NCBI GenBank assembly: GCA_963758525.1
Contig: CAVWVQ010000003.1
Location: forward strand, 3,392,001 to 3,456,000
DNA from: an uncultured Phycisphaerales bacterium
GTDB lineage: Bacteria; Planctomycetota; Phycisphaerae; Tepidisphaerales; Tepidisphaeraceae
Length of the DNA: 64,000 bases
Direction of reading: 5' to 3'
Part shown: positions 10,582 to 20,673 of the stretch, piece after piece
Layout of the letters: the number at the start of each line of letters is the position of its first letter
How positions within the stretch are numbered: position 1 is the stretch's first letter
The notes under the pieces: generated by a model
Databases searched by the model: none
The model's input: only the letters and a program-made list of their open reading frames with translations
What the model was told of the DNA's origin: nothing
Made by a program: the position numbers and the translations under genes

Positions 10582-12285
10582 ATGGGTATCAGCAAGTGTG
10601 CTATCGCTCTGTTCGGCGCCATTCTGTGCGGCGGCGCGTGCGTCGCGGATGCAGCGCCGCCAAAAGAAATCAGCGCGCGTTCGCTGACCGCGCTGATGGA
10701 CCAGGGCGAACAGGCGCTGCTGGCCAAGGATTACAAGGCGGCCCGCAACGCATTCTCCGATGTGCTTTCCGCCGACCCCCGCAACAAAATGGCGCTCGAA
10801 GGCGCGACGTTCGCCTACTTCGAGCTCGACGACTACATTCACTCCAAAGCCTATCTCGAAAGGGCGATGGCCCTCTCGCCTCATCCGACTCACCGCTCGG
10901 CGATTATCGGGGCGTCTGTTTATCTGCGCACCAAAAATCCCATGCGGGCCGTCCGGCTGCTGATCGAATACATGACGCCGATGACCTCGGTTGATGAATC
11001 CGCCCTTGACGCACTGGCGGTGGCGCTGAATCAAACCGACGATCAAGCCCGCAAAGGCAGGCTCTACGCCGACGCAGTCAGTTTCTACGCGGCGCAGACG
11101 AAGAAGCTGGAGCTGAAGAATCCAGGTCTGAAGCGGTGGGGGACCGAGTGGCTCCCCGCCGATCAGGCAGATCAGAAGATTGCCGCCTGGAACGCGACTC
11201 AGGCGGCCACCACCAAGCTCGGGCGTGAACTGGCGGCGCTCAAGGCCCACCTTGCCATGGTGGTGCGAAATCAGAATGATCCCGGCTTCATCCAGCGCAT
11301 GGAGATTCAGAACTATACCCGACCGCTGAACGTCGATCCGATGGACGAGTTGAACCTCTCCAAGCTACAGCCCGAAGTTGACGCCAAACAGGCCGCGTAC
11401 GACAAGGCCATGCAGGCCGTCGAGCACCCGCCCGTTGCCGATTCGATCGATCCTGCCAGCATCGACGTCGAAACGGCCAGTGCGCTGGCGAGCGCGCGCG
11501 GGGCAGTTGACCCCGGCGGCGCGGCTGCCGATTCATCGCCCCAGAGCGCGGAGACCCCGTCACCCAAACCCAGGACGGCTCGCAAACCGTCGCCGGCCAC
11601 CACTCCCGTCCAGGTTGCAACCGCGACACCGCCCGATGGCGCCACACCGGCGCCGGCTTCCACCCCCGGCGACGCGCCGGCTCCCGCGGATCCAAATCCG
11701 CCGGCCGCCCCGCCGGACAGCGACGCTGCGCCGAAGAAGACCTATCGCGTGACGTCGTATGCCGCTGCCTTTCCAGTGGGCGCGGATCTGCTGGTCACCG
11801 CCGCCGAGGCCGTTGCGGACGCCACGGAAATTCAAGTGCAGGTCGCCGATGGCGCAGCATTTTCAGCGACGGTGGTTCGCAGCGATCCACAAAGCGGCCT
11901 GGCGCTGCTGCGAGTGCCGACGGCGAAGTTCGCCTGGCTGAATCTTGCGGATCATTTCAGCGGAGGGACCATCTCCTGCGTCAGCTTCCCCGGCGTCGAT
12001 CTATTTCAACCGGCCGCGACAGCCATTGCCGGATCGGCGGTTGCCCCCAAATCGCCCTGGCACGTCCGCCTTTCCGAAACCCCCCGGCTGGGTGGGGGGC
12101 CGCTGCTGGCCGATGGGAAAGTCGTGGGCGTGGAACTCGCGATCCGCGACTCGGAGCTCGGCGCAATTCCGGCGGTCACCCTCGACGATCTGAAGAAGTT
12201 CCTCGCCGCCGATCTGATCCCCGGCGGCACCGCCAGCGATGCTGTCGCGGCGACCGTCCAGCTCACTGCAACCCGGGAAAAGTAG
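10582..12285 (+). CDS. Secreted TPR-like protein with degenerate (inactive) trypsin-like C-terminal domain
   Basis: Signal peptide, helical repeats, KRWGTEWLP motif, Pro/Ala linker, LLVTAAEAV...GLALLRV...RLGGGPLLADGKVVGV. Confidence 0.75.
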   Translation: MGISKCAIALFGAILCGGACVADAAPPKEISARSLTALMDQGEQALLAKDYKAARNAFSDVLSADPRNKMALEGATFAYFELDDYIHSKAYLERAMALSPHPTHRSAIIGASVYLRTKNPMRAVRLLIEYMTPMTSVDESALDALAVALNQTDDQARKGRLYADAVSFYAAQTKKLELKNPGLKRWGTEWLPADQADQKIAAWNATQAATTKLGRELAALKAHLAMVVRNQNDPGFIQRMEIQNYTRPLNVDPMDELNLSKLQPEVDAKQAAYDKAMQAVEHPPVADSIDPASIDVETASALASARGAVDPGGAAADSSPQSAETPSPKPRTARKPSPATTPVQVATATPPDGATPAPASTPGDAPAPADPNPPAAPPDSDAAPKKTYRVTSYAAAFPVGADLLVTAAEAVADATEIQVQVADGAAFSATVVRSDPQSGLALLRVPTAKFAWLNLADHFSGGTISCVSFPGVDLFQPAATAIAGSAVAPKSPWHVRLSETPRLGGGPLLADGKVVGVELAIRDSELGAIPAVTLDDLKKFLAADLIPGGTASDAVAATVQLTATREK

Positions 12286-12454
12286 CTTATCGCGCGCCCG
12301 TGACACTCCCGCGAGTTACGTGCCGACGAGTCGAGGCGTAATATCATGTTCGTAGCCGCGGATCTACATCCGCGGCTCTTTACGCGAGTCCTCGTACCAG
12401 ACCCGGCGTAGTGAGCGATTCTGAGGTCCTCAGACTGCTTCTTGACGCAGCTTT

Positions 12455-15406
12455 ATGGCGACCATTCTGACCTGCCCATCTTGCGGAAAGCGTTCCAAGG
12501 TCGCCAGCCAGGCGCCGGGGTCGGCGGTGCGATGCCCCCATTGCACGGCAGTGATGAAGGTTCCCGGCGAAGCGCCGCCTGTTGCCGCGACTGCGACCGC
12601 GTCGGTGGCGCGTGCGCCTGCAATCGTTCCGCCCATTGTCGCGAGTCCGGCGGCGCCGCCGCTGCTGGAGCAGTTGCCGCCGGCTCCGCAGGTGCAGGCG
12701 CCGGGATTCATTTGCTCCGTCTGCGAAGGATCCTTTCCAATCGACCAGGTTTATGATCAGAACGGCTCGATCATCTGCGAGGCATGTCACGCCGCTGGTG
12801 CGAGCTTGCCGGCCGATTCCGAAGAAGCCGATCCCGGAAGTTTTCCAGTAGTTCCCAGCCTATCGACTCTCGTGATCGAGCCCGCGACCGATGAGGCCCC
12901 GCCGCCGTGGCAGCAAGCGCCCGCCGCTGGCGTCGTAGGGGTCGCCGCTGAGTCACAGGAGACGGTCGCGCCGCAGGAGCCTGATGCCGTTGACAGTGAC
13001 TTGGCGGATCTGAGCGCCACTCCCCGGTCCGGTCCGCGCGTGAGGCGTCCGCCGTTCTGGAAGAGGATGTCGCCGACGCAGCTCGTCGTCGCCGGATCGT
13101 GCGCCTTCTTGCTGACCTGCGTCCTCACCTATGTCATCACGCGCTACGGCGGCGCGCGGCCCCGCGCTGACATCTCTCCTTCCGCTCCGGTGGTCTCCAA
13201 TCCGAGCACTCCGCCCGATACGTCCGTCGGCGGTCCCGATCAGTCGATGTCGGAATGGGAAAAGAGGAACGCGCCGCGCCTCTCCCAATGGCGCAGCACC
13301 GCCAAGTCAATGGAAGTGTCCGGCGACCTGGCCGGCGCGCAGTTGCTCTACCAGAAAATGCTGCTGCTCTCCAAGGCCCCGGGCGCCACGCTGCAGAATG
13401 CTGGCGTCGTCGCGATGCTCGGCGATGCGCAGACAAGCTTTGACGCAATCACCCGCAAGATCGGTCCCCCGCCCGCGCCGCTGGCGGTTGCGCCGCCGCC
13501 GCTCACACCGGCGCCGGTGCAGACTTCTTCGGTGACTCCCGGCGACAGCTCGACGCAGCCCGTTGCTCTGCCGCCCGAATCTCCGGCGACAACTCCCGCG
13601 GCCACCGCGCCACCAGCGCCGCCAGCGCCGGCCGCGCCGGCGCAAATTGCCGATGACGGGGTCAATTGGGAACCGGCGCATCACGACCAGTTGCTGCAAC
13701 TCTCCGCCGATGCCGGGTTGCTCGAGAAGCAGCAGCACCCCGTCGCCGCACTGGCGAAATTGCAGGAATTGCTGCAGCTGGTCAGCAATCACCGCACTGC
13801 GCTGACCGATCCACAACTGAAAAGCACCGTGGCGGCTGCCGAAGAATCGCGCAAACGGCTCCTGGTGTTCGCCCGCGATTCCGATGAGGCGCGCGCCATC
13901 ACCGCGCGTTCGCTGCTCGCCGCCGGGCTCAAAGCCGAGAACCAGAAGAAGTGGAAGACGGCCCTGGATTCCTTGTCGGACGCAAGCCATCTGATCGGGT
14001 CGATGCTCAAGCCGGTGCAGCGATACCGCGATCCCCTCTATCTGACGTCGCTGAACGCGACCGCGGTCGCCTACATGAACCTGAAGCTGAACCAGCGCAC
14101 CGGCGAGCTGTTTTCCGACGACGAACCGCTCGGCCGCGCGTCGCTGGCGATGAATTCGCCGTCGCGCGATCTGGTCTGGAATCGCGCGGTGAACGACCTG
14201 ACGCAGAAGTTCAATATCATGCGCTCTGTGAAAATGCTGCACGAATACATGGACCAGCACACCGAACCCGACGAGCCGCTGATGAATCTGCTCGGCACCG
14301 TGCTGTTCGTTGCCGACGAAAGCAATCCCGTCAATCGCAAGGTGCTCGACGACGGGATCGGGTTTTACGGCCAGCGCACGATGGATCTGGAAAAGACGCG
14401 CCCCGGGGAACGGCGCTGGGGAATTCAATGGCTACCCGAGGCCGATGCGCAGGCAAAGTTCGATCAATACAACAAGTCGCTGGACGCCTATGCGGAAGCG
14501 GTGCGCGTGAAAACCGCCGCCGATACGCATCTGAAAGACCTGCAGAACTCGCAGCACGCGAGCGTCGGCCGGGCGACCGCGGCGCAGATCACCGCCGCCA
14601 AAGCGTCGGTTGCCGCCGCGATCGCCGGCGTGAAACGCGCGCACGATGCCATTCCCCGCCCGCCCTGGCTGACGGACGTTGAGCCGATCGTTCCCAAGAT
14701 TGATACCGGTGCGCTGCTCGCCGTCGGTCCAACCAGCGCGCCCGCTCCCGCGAGTCCCGGGCCCTCAGGCCCTGTCGCCGTGCCGGCGTCCCCGCTGGCT
14801 GCGGTTGCTCCCGCTTCCCAACCAGCCGTCGACGTCGCGGTGCCGCCCGCTCCCGAGGCGCGCTACGCGGCGGCGTTCCCCGTCGATAAAACGCATCTCG
14901 TGACCGCCGCCGAACCTCTGGGAAGCGCAACGACTGCCAAGATAGAGGACACCAGCGGCGGCGTGATGACCGCCAAAGTCGTCGCCAGATCCGATCGCCT
15001 GGCGCTGCTGGAGATTTCGTCGGCGGACGCGAGCGCGCCGCTCAAATTCCTGACCCTCGCCACCGATTTCACCGGCGGCCCCGTTCAATGCGCCGCGATC
15101 CCGCAGGCAAATGTGTTCGGCCCAACCATGGCGCTTCTCTCTGCCGACGCGCCCGTGCCCAGCAGGTCTGCCTGGTGGGTCAATCTGAGCGATCATCCGC
15201 GTCTTCCCGGTTCGCCGTTGCTCAATGCCCAGAACGAAGTGATCGGCGTGGAAGTCGCCGCCCGCGACGACGCGCGGCAGAAGATCCCCGCCGTCACGCT
15301 CGACGACCTGCGCAAATTCCTTGAGGCCAATCACGTCGTCTCCGTCGCTTCGGGCGCGAAGGGGGACCCCAATGTCGTCGCACAGGTCACCGCGGAATCA
15401 GAGTAA
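12455..15406 (+). CDS. Zinc-ribbon, single-TM, TPR-like protein with degenerate trypsin-like C-terminal domain (paralog of the upstream gene)
   Basis: CPSC/CPHC and CSVC/CEAC pairs, TM LVVAGSCAFLLTCVLTYVI, RRWGIQWLP, HLVTAAEPL...RLPGSPLLNAQNEVIGV. Confidence 0.75.
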   Translation: MATILTCPSCGKRSKVASQAPGSAVRCPHCTAVMKVPGEAPPVAATATASVARAPAIVPPIVASPAAPPLLEQLPPAPQVQAPGFICSVCEGSFPIDQVYDQNGSIICEACHAAGASLPADSEEADPGSFPVVPSLSTLVIEPATDEAPPPWQQAPAAGVVGVAAESQETVAPQEPDAVDSDLADLSATPRSGPRVRRPPFWKRMSPTQLVVAGSCAFLLTCVLTYVITRYGGARPRADISPSAPVVSNPSTPPDTSVGGPDQSMSEWEKRNAPRLSQWRSTAKSMEVSGDLAGAQLLYQKMLLLSKAPGATLQNAGVVAMLGDAQTSFDAITRKIGPPPAPLAVAPPPLTPAPVQTSSVTPGDSSTQPVALPPESPATTPAATAPPAPPAPAAPAQIADDGVNWEPAHHDQLLQLSADAGLLEKQQHPVAALAKLQELLQLVSNHRTALTDPQLKSTVAAAEESRKRLLVFARDSDEARAITARSLLAAGLKAENQKKWKTALDSLSDASHLIGSMLKPVQRYRDPLYLTSLNATAVAYMNLKLNQRTGELFSDDEPLGRASLAMNSPSRDLVWNRAVNDLTQKFNIMRSVKMLHEYMDQHTEPDEPLMNLLGTVLFVADESNPVNRKVLDDGIGFYGQRTMDLEKTRPGERRWGIQWLPEADAQAKFDQYNKSLDAYAEAVRVKTAADTHLKDLQNSQHASVGRATAAQITAAKASVAAAIAGVKRAHDAIPRPPWLTDVEPIVPKIDTGALLAVGPTSAPAPASPGPSGPVAVPASPLAAVAPASQPAVDVAVPPAPEARYAAAFPVDKTHLVTAAEPLGSATTAKIEDTSGGVMTAKVVARSDRLALLEISSADASAPLKFLTLATDFTGGPVQCAAIPQANVFGPTMALLSADAPVPSRSAWWVNLSDHPRLPGSPLLNAQNEVIGVEVAARDDARQKIPAVTLDDLRKFLEANHVVSVASGAKGDPNVVAQVTAESE

Positions 15407-15468
15407 AAAGAAAAACGGACCGAAGGGGAGCCACTTCCCTCGGCCCGGCACTGAATTTCAAATTGCTG
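15405..15468 (-). ncRNA. Candidate small RNA (~65 nt)
   Basis: Minus-strand TTGACG-N16-TATCTT promoter (15502-15475) followed by a GC hairpin (15416-15446) and a U-tract; no ORF. Confidence 0.45.
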
Positions 15469-15810
15469 CTCAACAAGATAATCGGGTTTCGCGACGCGTC
15501 AATACCGTGGCTGCTGCGTGGCTGCTCCGCAGCGTCGCGCGGGTGTCGCCGGGAATTCAGTTGCCCCGGAAATGCGCGCATGCGCAGCGGGGGCTTTCAC
15601 TTCGTCCATTGAGCTTCTCTTTGCCTTGCGATCATCCTTGTTCATCCGCTCTTTCAAGCCGCATCGTCTCTCGGTCCGATAAATGAACGGTGCGCCGGGC
15701 GCGGACGGCTCAGGTGCAGGCGAATCGAGCCGATAGCTTCAGTGTGGTGCACCCCGGCGGCGACGAACGTGGTGCGCCGGACGCCCGGTAAGAAATGGAT
15801 CGCTTCACGG

Positions 15811-16488
15811 ATGAGGCAGATGCGCGGCACGTGGAACCGACTGCTGATCGTGGCGCTTGCCGGCTTGTGGATGACGGCCGGATGCGAGGAGCCGCCAAAG
15901 CCTTATGGCACGGAGGTGCGCCTTCGTCTGGTTGCGCCGGTACGGCAAGTGTGGGCGGTTGCGCCCGCGGTCAATCTCAGCGGGCAACGCGATGTCGATC
16001 CGCTGCTCCAGGCCGACTGCGTCTATCAGCAGCTTCAGGAAATCGACGGGCTGACGATCGTGCCCGTCAATCGGGTGGTGGAAGTATACGCCGGGCTGAA
16101 AATCGACGGCGTGAAGTCGCCGGAGCAGGCGGCGGAAGTGTGTCAGTTGCTCAAGTGCGATGCGCTGGTGGTGCCCACGGTGACGGCGTTTGATCCGTAC
16201 AACCCGCCGAGGCTCGGCGCCGCGCTGCAGTTGTTCCAGGCGACGCCGAACACGGCAAGCGACGGGCCGCCGCGGCCGGCGGTCTTTTTTCAGGCGGTCG
16301 GCATGTACGACGCGGCCAACGGATCGGTCCGCGCCAAGTTGCTCGCCTACGCGGCGGGCCGCAACGATCCGAAGAGTCCCCTGGGACCGCGGGAATATCT
16401 GGAAAGCATGGAGCGGTATTGCGGGTTTGTCTACAACATGCTCGCCGCCGACCTGCTGAAGCAATTAAATCAACAACCGCCCGTGTGA
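15811..16488 (+). CDS. Putative lipoprotein
   Basis: Lipobox-like LIVALAGLWMTAG-C; globular domain with FDPYNPPRLG. Confidence 0.75.
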   Translation: MRQMRGTWNRLLIVALAGLWMTAGCEEPPKPYGTEVRLRLVAPVRQVWAVAPAVNLSGQRDVDPLLQADCVYQQLQEIDGLTIVPVNRVVEVYAGLKIDGVKSPEQAAEVCQLLKCDALVVPTVTAFDPYNPPRLGAALQLFQATPNTASDGPPRPAVFFQAVGMYDAANGSVRAKLLAYAAGRNDPKSPLGPREYLESMERYCGFVYNMLAADLLKQLNQQPPV

Positions 16489-16558
16489 AGACGGGCGCCG
16501 CGCTTGGTTGGCACAAGCGCAAGTGAAATTCGCAGTTGAGTCAACCGGAGAGAGAAAG

Positions 16559-16777
16559 ATGACGGACATCAAGACGCTGAGCCTGATGAAGGGCAAGCAA
16601 CACTTCTGCTTTCGCTATCAGCCGGGCGATGAAGCGCACGTGCTGGATGCGCTGGTGGAGATGGTGAATCGGCGCGAGTTGAGCTTCGATTGGTTTGACG
16701 CCGCGGTCATGTCTCATCAGCTCGGTCAGCATTTAGCCAAAGAATTGAAGGCATATTTGCCGAAGAAAGCGGCATAA
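16559..16777 (+). CDS. Small hypothetical protein upstream of xerC
   Basis: GGAG RBS, 72 aa, LSFDWFDAAVMSHQLG motif. Confidence 0.7.
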   Translation: MTDIKTLSLMKGKQHFCFRYQPGDEAHVLDALVEMVNRRELSFDWFDAAVMSHQLGQHLAKELKAYLPKKAA

Positions 16778-17017
16778 GAAACGATTCGGGCTTTCGGACG
16801 TAGCTGCGAGGCGGACAACGAAACGAGGATGAGGCCGAACGACCGGCCGCATCCGAGTTACGCGCCGCCTGCAAGATGTAAGCATGTCCTGTGGGGCGCT
16901 GATCGCTTTTTACGCCGATCGTGTGACGAGGATCGTCCCACATAGTGGGCCACCGGAAACGCCGGCCGCGTGGCAGTCATCCCTGGTCTGGACCTTCGCA
17001 CTCCGCGACCGGTTTTT

Positions 17018-18076
17018 ATGAACATCGCAACAGCCCTTCCTACCGCGGCTCCCGTTCCCAAACAGTTTTCACCACTGGTCACCCAGTTCCTTGACTACCT
17101 GCATCTGGAGAAACACTTCTCCGATTACACGGTCAAGAGCTACGGGGCTGACCTCATACAATTCGGTCAGTTCCTCTCGGGACAGATCGGCAACCCCGCC
17201 GGCGCTCAGCCCAGGATGACCGGCGGCGAAATCGATCAGAAGCAGCTCAGCTGTGAGCCGCTGACGATCCGCGAATTTCTCGCGTATCTCTACGGACAGA
17301 ACTACACGAAGAGCACCACCGCCCGCAAACTGGCGACGCTGCGCAGCTTCTACAAGTTTCTGATCCGTCGCGGCCTGGTGAGCGTGAACCCGCTCTCGAC
17401 GATCCGCACGCCCAAGCAGGAAAAGCGCCTCCCGCGATGCCTTGATCTCGAACAGGTGCAGAAGCTCCTCGACGCCCCCGGGGACGCGGACATTCTCGCC
17501 GCCCGCGACAAGGCGATGCTCGAAGTGCTCTACTCCAGCGGCATCCGCGTCAGCGAACTGGTCGAGCTGGAGATGGCCGACATGGATCTGCAGGAGGGCG
17601 TTCTCCGCGTCCGCGGCAAGGGCCGCAAGGACCGCCTCACGCCGATCGGCAGCCAGGCGATCAAGGCCGTGCAGCGTTACTTCGAGTTGCGCAGCAGCGA
17701 GCCCAAGTGCCAGGGCGCGGCGGCCAATCGCGTCTTCCTCAACAAGCACGGCGAAGCGCTCAGCACGCGCTCCGTCCGCCGCAAGCTCGACAAGTATCTC
17801 GTCGCCGCCGGGCTGGATCCCGGCATCAGTCCGCACACGCTGCGCCATAGTTTTGCCACGCACCTCTTGAATAACGGCGCGGACCTCCGCAGCGTGCAGG
17901 AATTGCTCGGGCATCAGAGCCTGAGCACGACGCAGATCTACACGCACCTGTCGAGCAACCGGATGAAGGAAGTCTACGACTCGGCGCATCCGCGAGCCGG
18001 CGCCCGGCGATTCCGCATCCAGCAGTTGCGCAACATGCCGCAGAACACCGGCATGTACCCCGCCAAAGCCGGCTGA
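17018..18076 (+). CDS. xerC: Tyrosine recombinase XerC/XerD
   Basis: N-terminal SAM-like domain, LYSSGIRVSEL, GKGRKDR, HTLRHSFATHLL, LLGHQSLSTTQIYTH. Confidence 0.92.
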   Translation: MNIATALPTAAPVPKQFSPLVTQFLDYLHLEKHFSDYTVKSYGADLIQFGQFLSGQIGNPAGAQPRMTGGEIDQKQLSCEPLTIREFLAYLYGQNYTKSTTARKLATLRSFYKFLIRRGLVSVNPLSTIRTPKQEKRLPRCLDLEQVQKLLDAPGDADILAARDKAMLEVLYSSGIRVSELVELEMADMDLQEGVLRVRGKGRKDRLTPIGSQAIKAVQRYFELRSSEPKCQGAAANRVFLNKHGEALSTRSVRRKLDKYLVAAGLDPGISPHTLRHSFATHLLNNGADLRSVQELLGHQSLSTTQIYTHLSSNRMKEVYDSAHPRAGARRFRIQQLRNMPQNTGMYPAKAG

Positions 18077-18158
18077 ACTCGAAGTTTTAGGAGCGACTCC
18101 CGCGCAGTTGCGAACGCTCAAAAGAAAGCCGCCGGCTCTGCCGGCGGGCATTGCTCCG

Positions 18159-18188
18159 AACGGCCCCGCCTCGCGCGGGGCCGTTTTC
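18159..18188 (+). terminator. Probable intrinsic terminator after xerC
   Basis: aacggccccgc-ctcgc-gcggggccgtt followed by T residues. Confidence 0.55.
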
Positions 18189-18249
18189 ATCCGATCGCGA
18201 ATCTGCAGCGGTGACCCCCAGGACGACCGAGCCCACAATCGCGCAACAC

Positions 18250-19290
18250 TCACTTCGACCGCTGTCGCTCCGTCGCTTTGCACAGCGCCCGGCGCTCCAT
18301 CCAATTCAACGATTGCATTCCGTGAGCATGCACTTTCTCCAGAATTGAATCGATGTTCTCCTGCTCGCGTCTGGCGGCGGCGGCTTTTTTCACGGCGCTT
18401 CGGGAGGCCCAGCGGGACTTGCGACGCGCGGAAGTCGGCTGCGCCGATTCATAAGCCGCAGCGCTGAACGCATACGACTCCTCCAGTGCGCCGCCGGCGA
18501 GTTCTCTGCGCTTGCTATAGCTACTGGCAAATAACAGTGCCCAGTAGATCATCCCCATCACATTCACCGTGTAGAGGGAGTAGAGACACATCGGGCCGGC
18601 GACGATCATTCCCACGATGCAGGTGACGTTGATCTGCGCGAGCGGGAGAGCCAGGGCCAGAGGATTGACTCGAGCAGAAATCCGCCGTCGTACCAGTAGA
18701 ACGGAAGCAGGTTGATGAGGATCAGTCCGATATTTAGTTGCAGCGAGAGAAACAGCAGGTATGCCACGATCGCGGCAAACGGATTGCTGACGATAGGGGC
18801 AGCGCCGAACTGTGCGCCGAGCGGGTTCCAGGATATCTCGCCGAGGATCGAGCCCAGATGCATCGAATACAGCGCCGCAGCGCAACCGCCGGCGATGATC
18901 AGATGGACGAGAATTCCTCCAACGTGAGCGAAAAAAGAGGCCCATGGATCGGGCGGGACGGTGGGGTGAACCAGCCCGCCCGCAGGCCACAGGATGAATT
19001 CATCGAGTGATCCGCCCACACGCTGCGCAGATGCGATGCCCGAAATCGTGCAGGATCAGAAACGCGATCAGCAATCCGGCTTGCACAAAGAAGAGCAGCG
19101 GCTCTCCCGCATGCATGTCGCCAAACAGCATCAATGCCAGAACAAGAAGCAGGAAAAAGTTGAGGCGGACCGGCACCCCAAACCATCTCCCGAAGGGGAC
19201 GGTGAAGCCGAAAAACAGCGAGGGATTTCCGAGGTATTCGCCGCCGGAACCTCCACCGCCGCGGTTATAGTCGCGATTTTCCCAAGCCAT
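18250..19290 (-). CDS. Site-2 protease (M50) family membrane protein with C-terminal DUF6576-like helical domain (frameshifts near 19010 and ~18640)
   Basis: LHDFGH, LWPAGGL, NLLPFYWYDGG; C-terminal IDSILEKVHAHGMQSLNWMERRAL. Confidence 0.8.
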
Positions 19291-19633
19291 GTGTTACCGA
19301 GCAGACGATAGCCGGGCCGCGGAGGGTTCTCAATTCCCCATTCAACGCGCTATGGCAAACGACTAGGGAAGCTGTTGCGATAATGCTCGGCGCTGCAACT
19401 TCGCGTGATCACCCCGGGTGCGAACCACGCAGGCCGTTCTCAGTCTCGCAAGCTCGTCGCTGACACGCCGAACGCCGAGGGTGCTCGCACCCTCGGTTTC
19501 CCGACGACATCGCGGAAATCCCTGAAATTATCGGACAACGCTCGATGCACCCGGCGCCAATTGCATCCGGGGGTGGTTTCCCGATAATCGGGAGGGCCGG
19601 AGTGAGCAGCGGTTGGCAGGAAAGGACTTAGCC

Positions 19634-20569
19634 ATGAGACGAGCGAAAATCAGCATCATCGGAGCGGGAAATGTCGGAGCCACGTGCGCCCATTGGGCGG
19701 CGAGCAAGGAACTGGGAGACATCGTCCTGGTGGACGTTCCGCAGGTGGAGGGAATGCCGCAGGGGAAGGCCCTGGATCTGTTTGAAGCCTCGCCGGTGGA
19801 GGGGTTTGACAGCAAAATCATCGGAGCGACCAGTTACGACGCGACTGCCGACAGTGATGTGGTGATCGTGACGGCCGGGGTGGCTCGCAAGCCGGGGATG
19901 AGCCGCGACGACCTGATCAATATCAACACAGGGATCGTGAAAAGCGTTGCCGCAAGCGTGGCGAAGCATTCGCCCAATGCGGTGATGATCGTCGTGAGCA
20001 ATCCGCTGGACGCGATGGTGTACGTTGCCTGGAAAGCGTCCGGGCTGCCGGCAAAACAGATCATCGGCCAGGCGGGCGTGCTCGATACGGCGCGCTATCG
20101 CAGCTTCCTGGCCCTGGAAATCGGGTGCAGCGTCGAAGACGTGCAGGCCCTGCTGATGGGGGGACACGGCGACGACATGGTTCCGCTGCCGCGCTACACG
20201 TTTGCGGGAGGAATTCCGATAACTCAACTGGTGAAGAAGGAGCGGCTCGACGAAATCGTGAAACGCGCCCGCAACGGCGGGGCGGAAATTGTGGGCCTCC
20301 TGAAGACGGGCAGCGCCTATTACGCCCCGGCGGCCGCGACCGTGCAGATGGCCGAATCGATCATTCGCGACAAGAAGCGGATTTTGCCCTGTGCGGTCTA
20401 TTGCGATAAGGAATACGCGGTCGGCGGCTACTTTGTCGGCGTCCCGTGCATCCTCGGGTCGGGCGGCGTCGAACGAATCATCGAAGTCGAATTGGACGAG
20501 AGCGAACGAAAGATGTTTCAGAGCAGCGTCGACCACGTGAAGGAACTGGTCCGCACCGTCAAGCTGTAG
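19634..20569 (+). CDS. mdh: Malate dehydrogenase (LDH-like type)
   Basis: [41 protein letters not shown]. Confidence 0.97.
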   Translation: MRRAKISIIGAGNVGATCAHWAASKELGDIVLVDVPQVEGMPQGKALDLFEASPVEGFDSKIIGATSYDATADSDVVIVTAGVARKPGMSRDDLININTGIVKSVAASVAKHSPNAVMIVVSNPLDAMVYVAWKASGLPAKQIIGQAGVLDTARYRSFLALEIGCSVEDVQALLMGGHGDDMVPLPRYTFAGGIPITQLVKKERLDEIVKRARNGGAEIVGLLKTGSAYYAPAAATVQMAESIIRDKKRILPCAVYCDKEYAVGGYFVGVPCILGSGGVERIIEVELDESERKMFQSSVDHVKELVRTVKL

Positions 20570-20673
20570 CGGCCGGTGTCCGGCGTTGTGACGCCGATGG
20601 AGATTCTGGCTGGGGATGCCGTAACCACCGCTGCGGGCTGACGCGGTGGCCAATGCAGATCGGGAGTTGACTT

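Noticed and set aside
17018..18076. Tyrosine recombinase as an integrase of a prophage or integron
   Set aside because: It has a typical Xer sequence with no IntI-specific insertion, and no att sites or phage genes nearby
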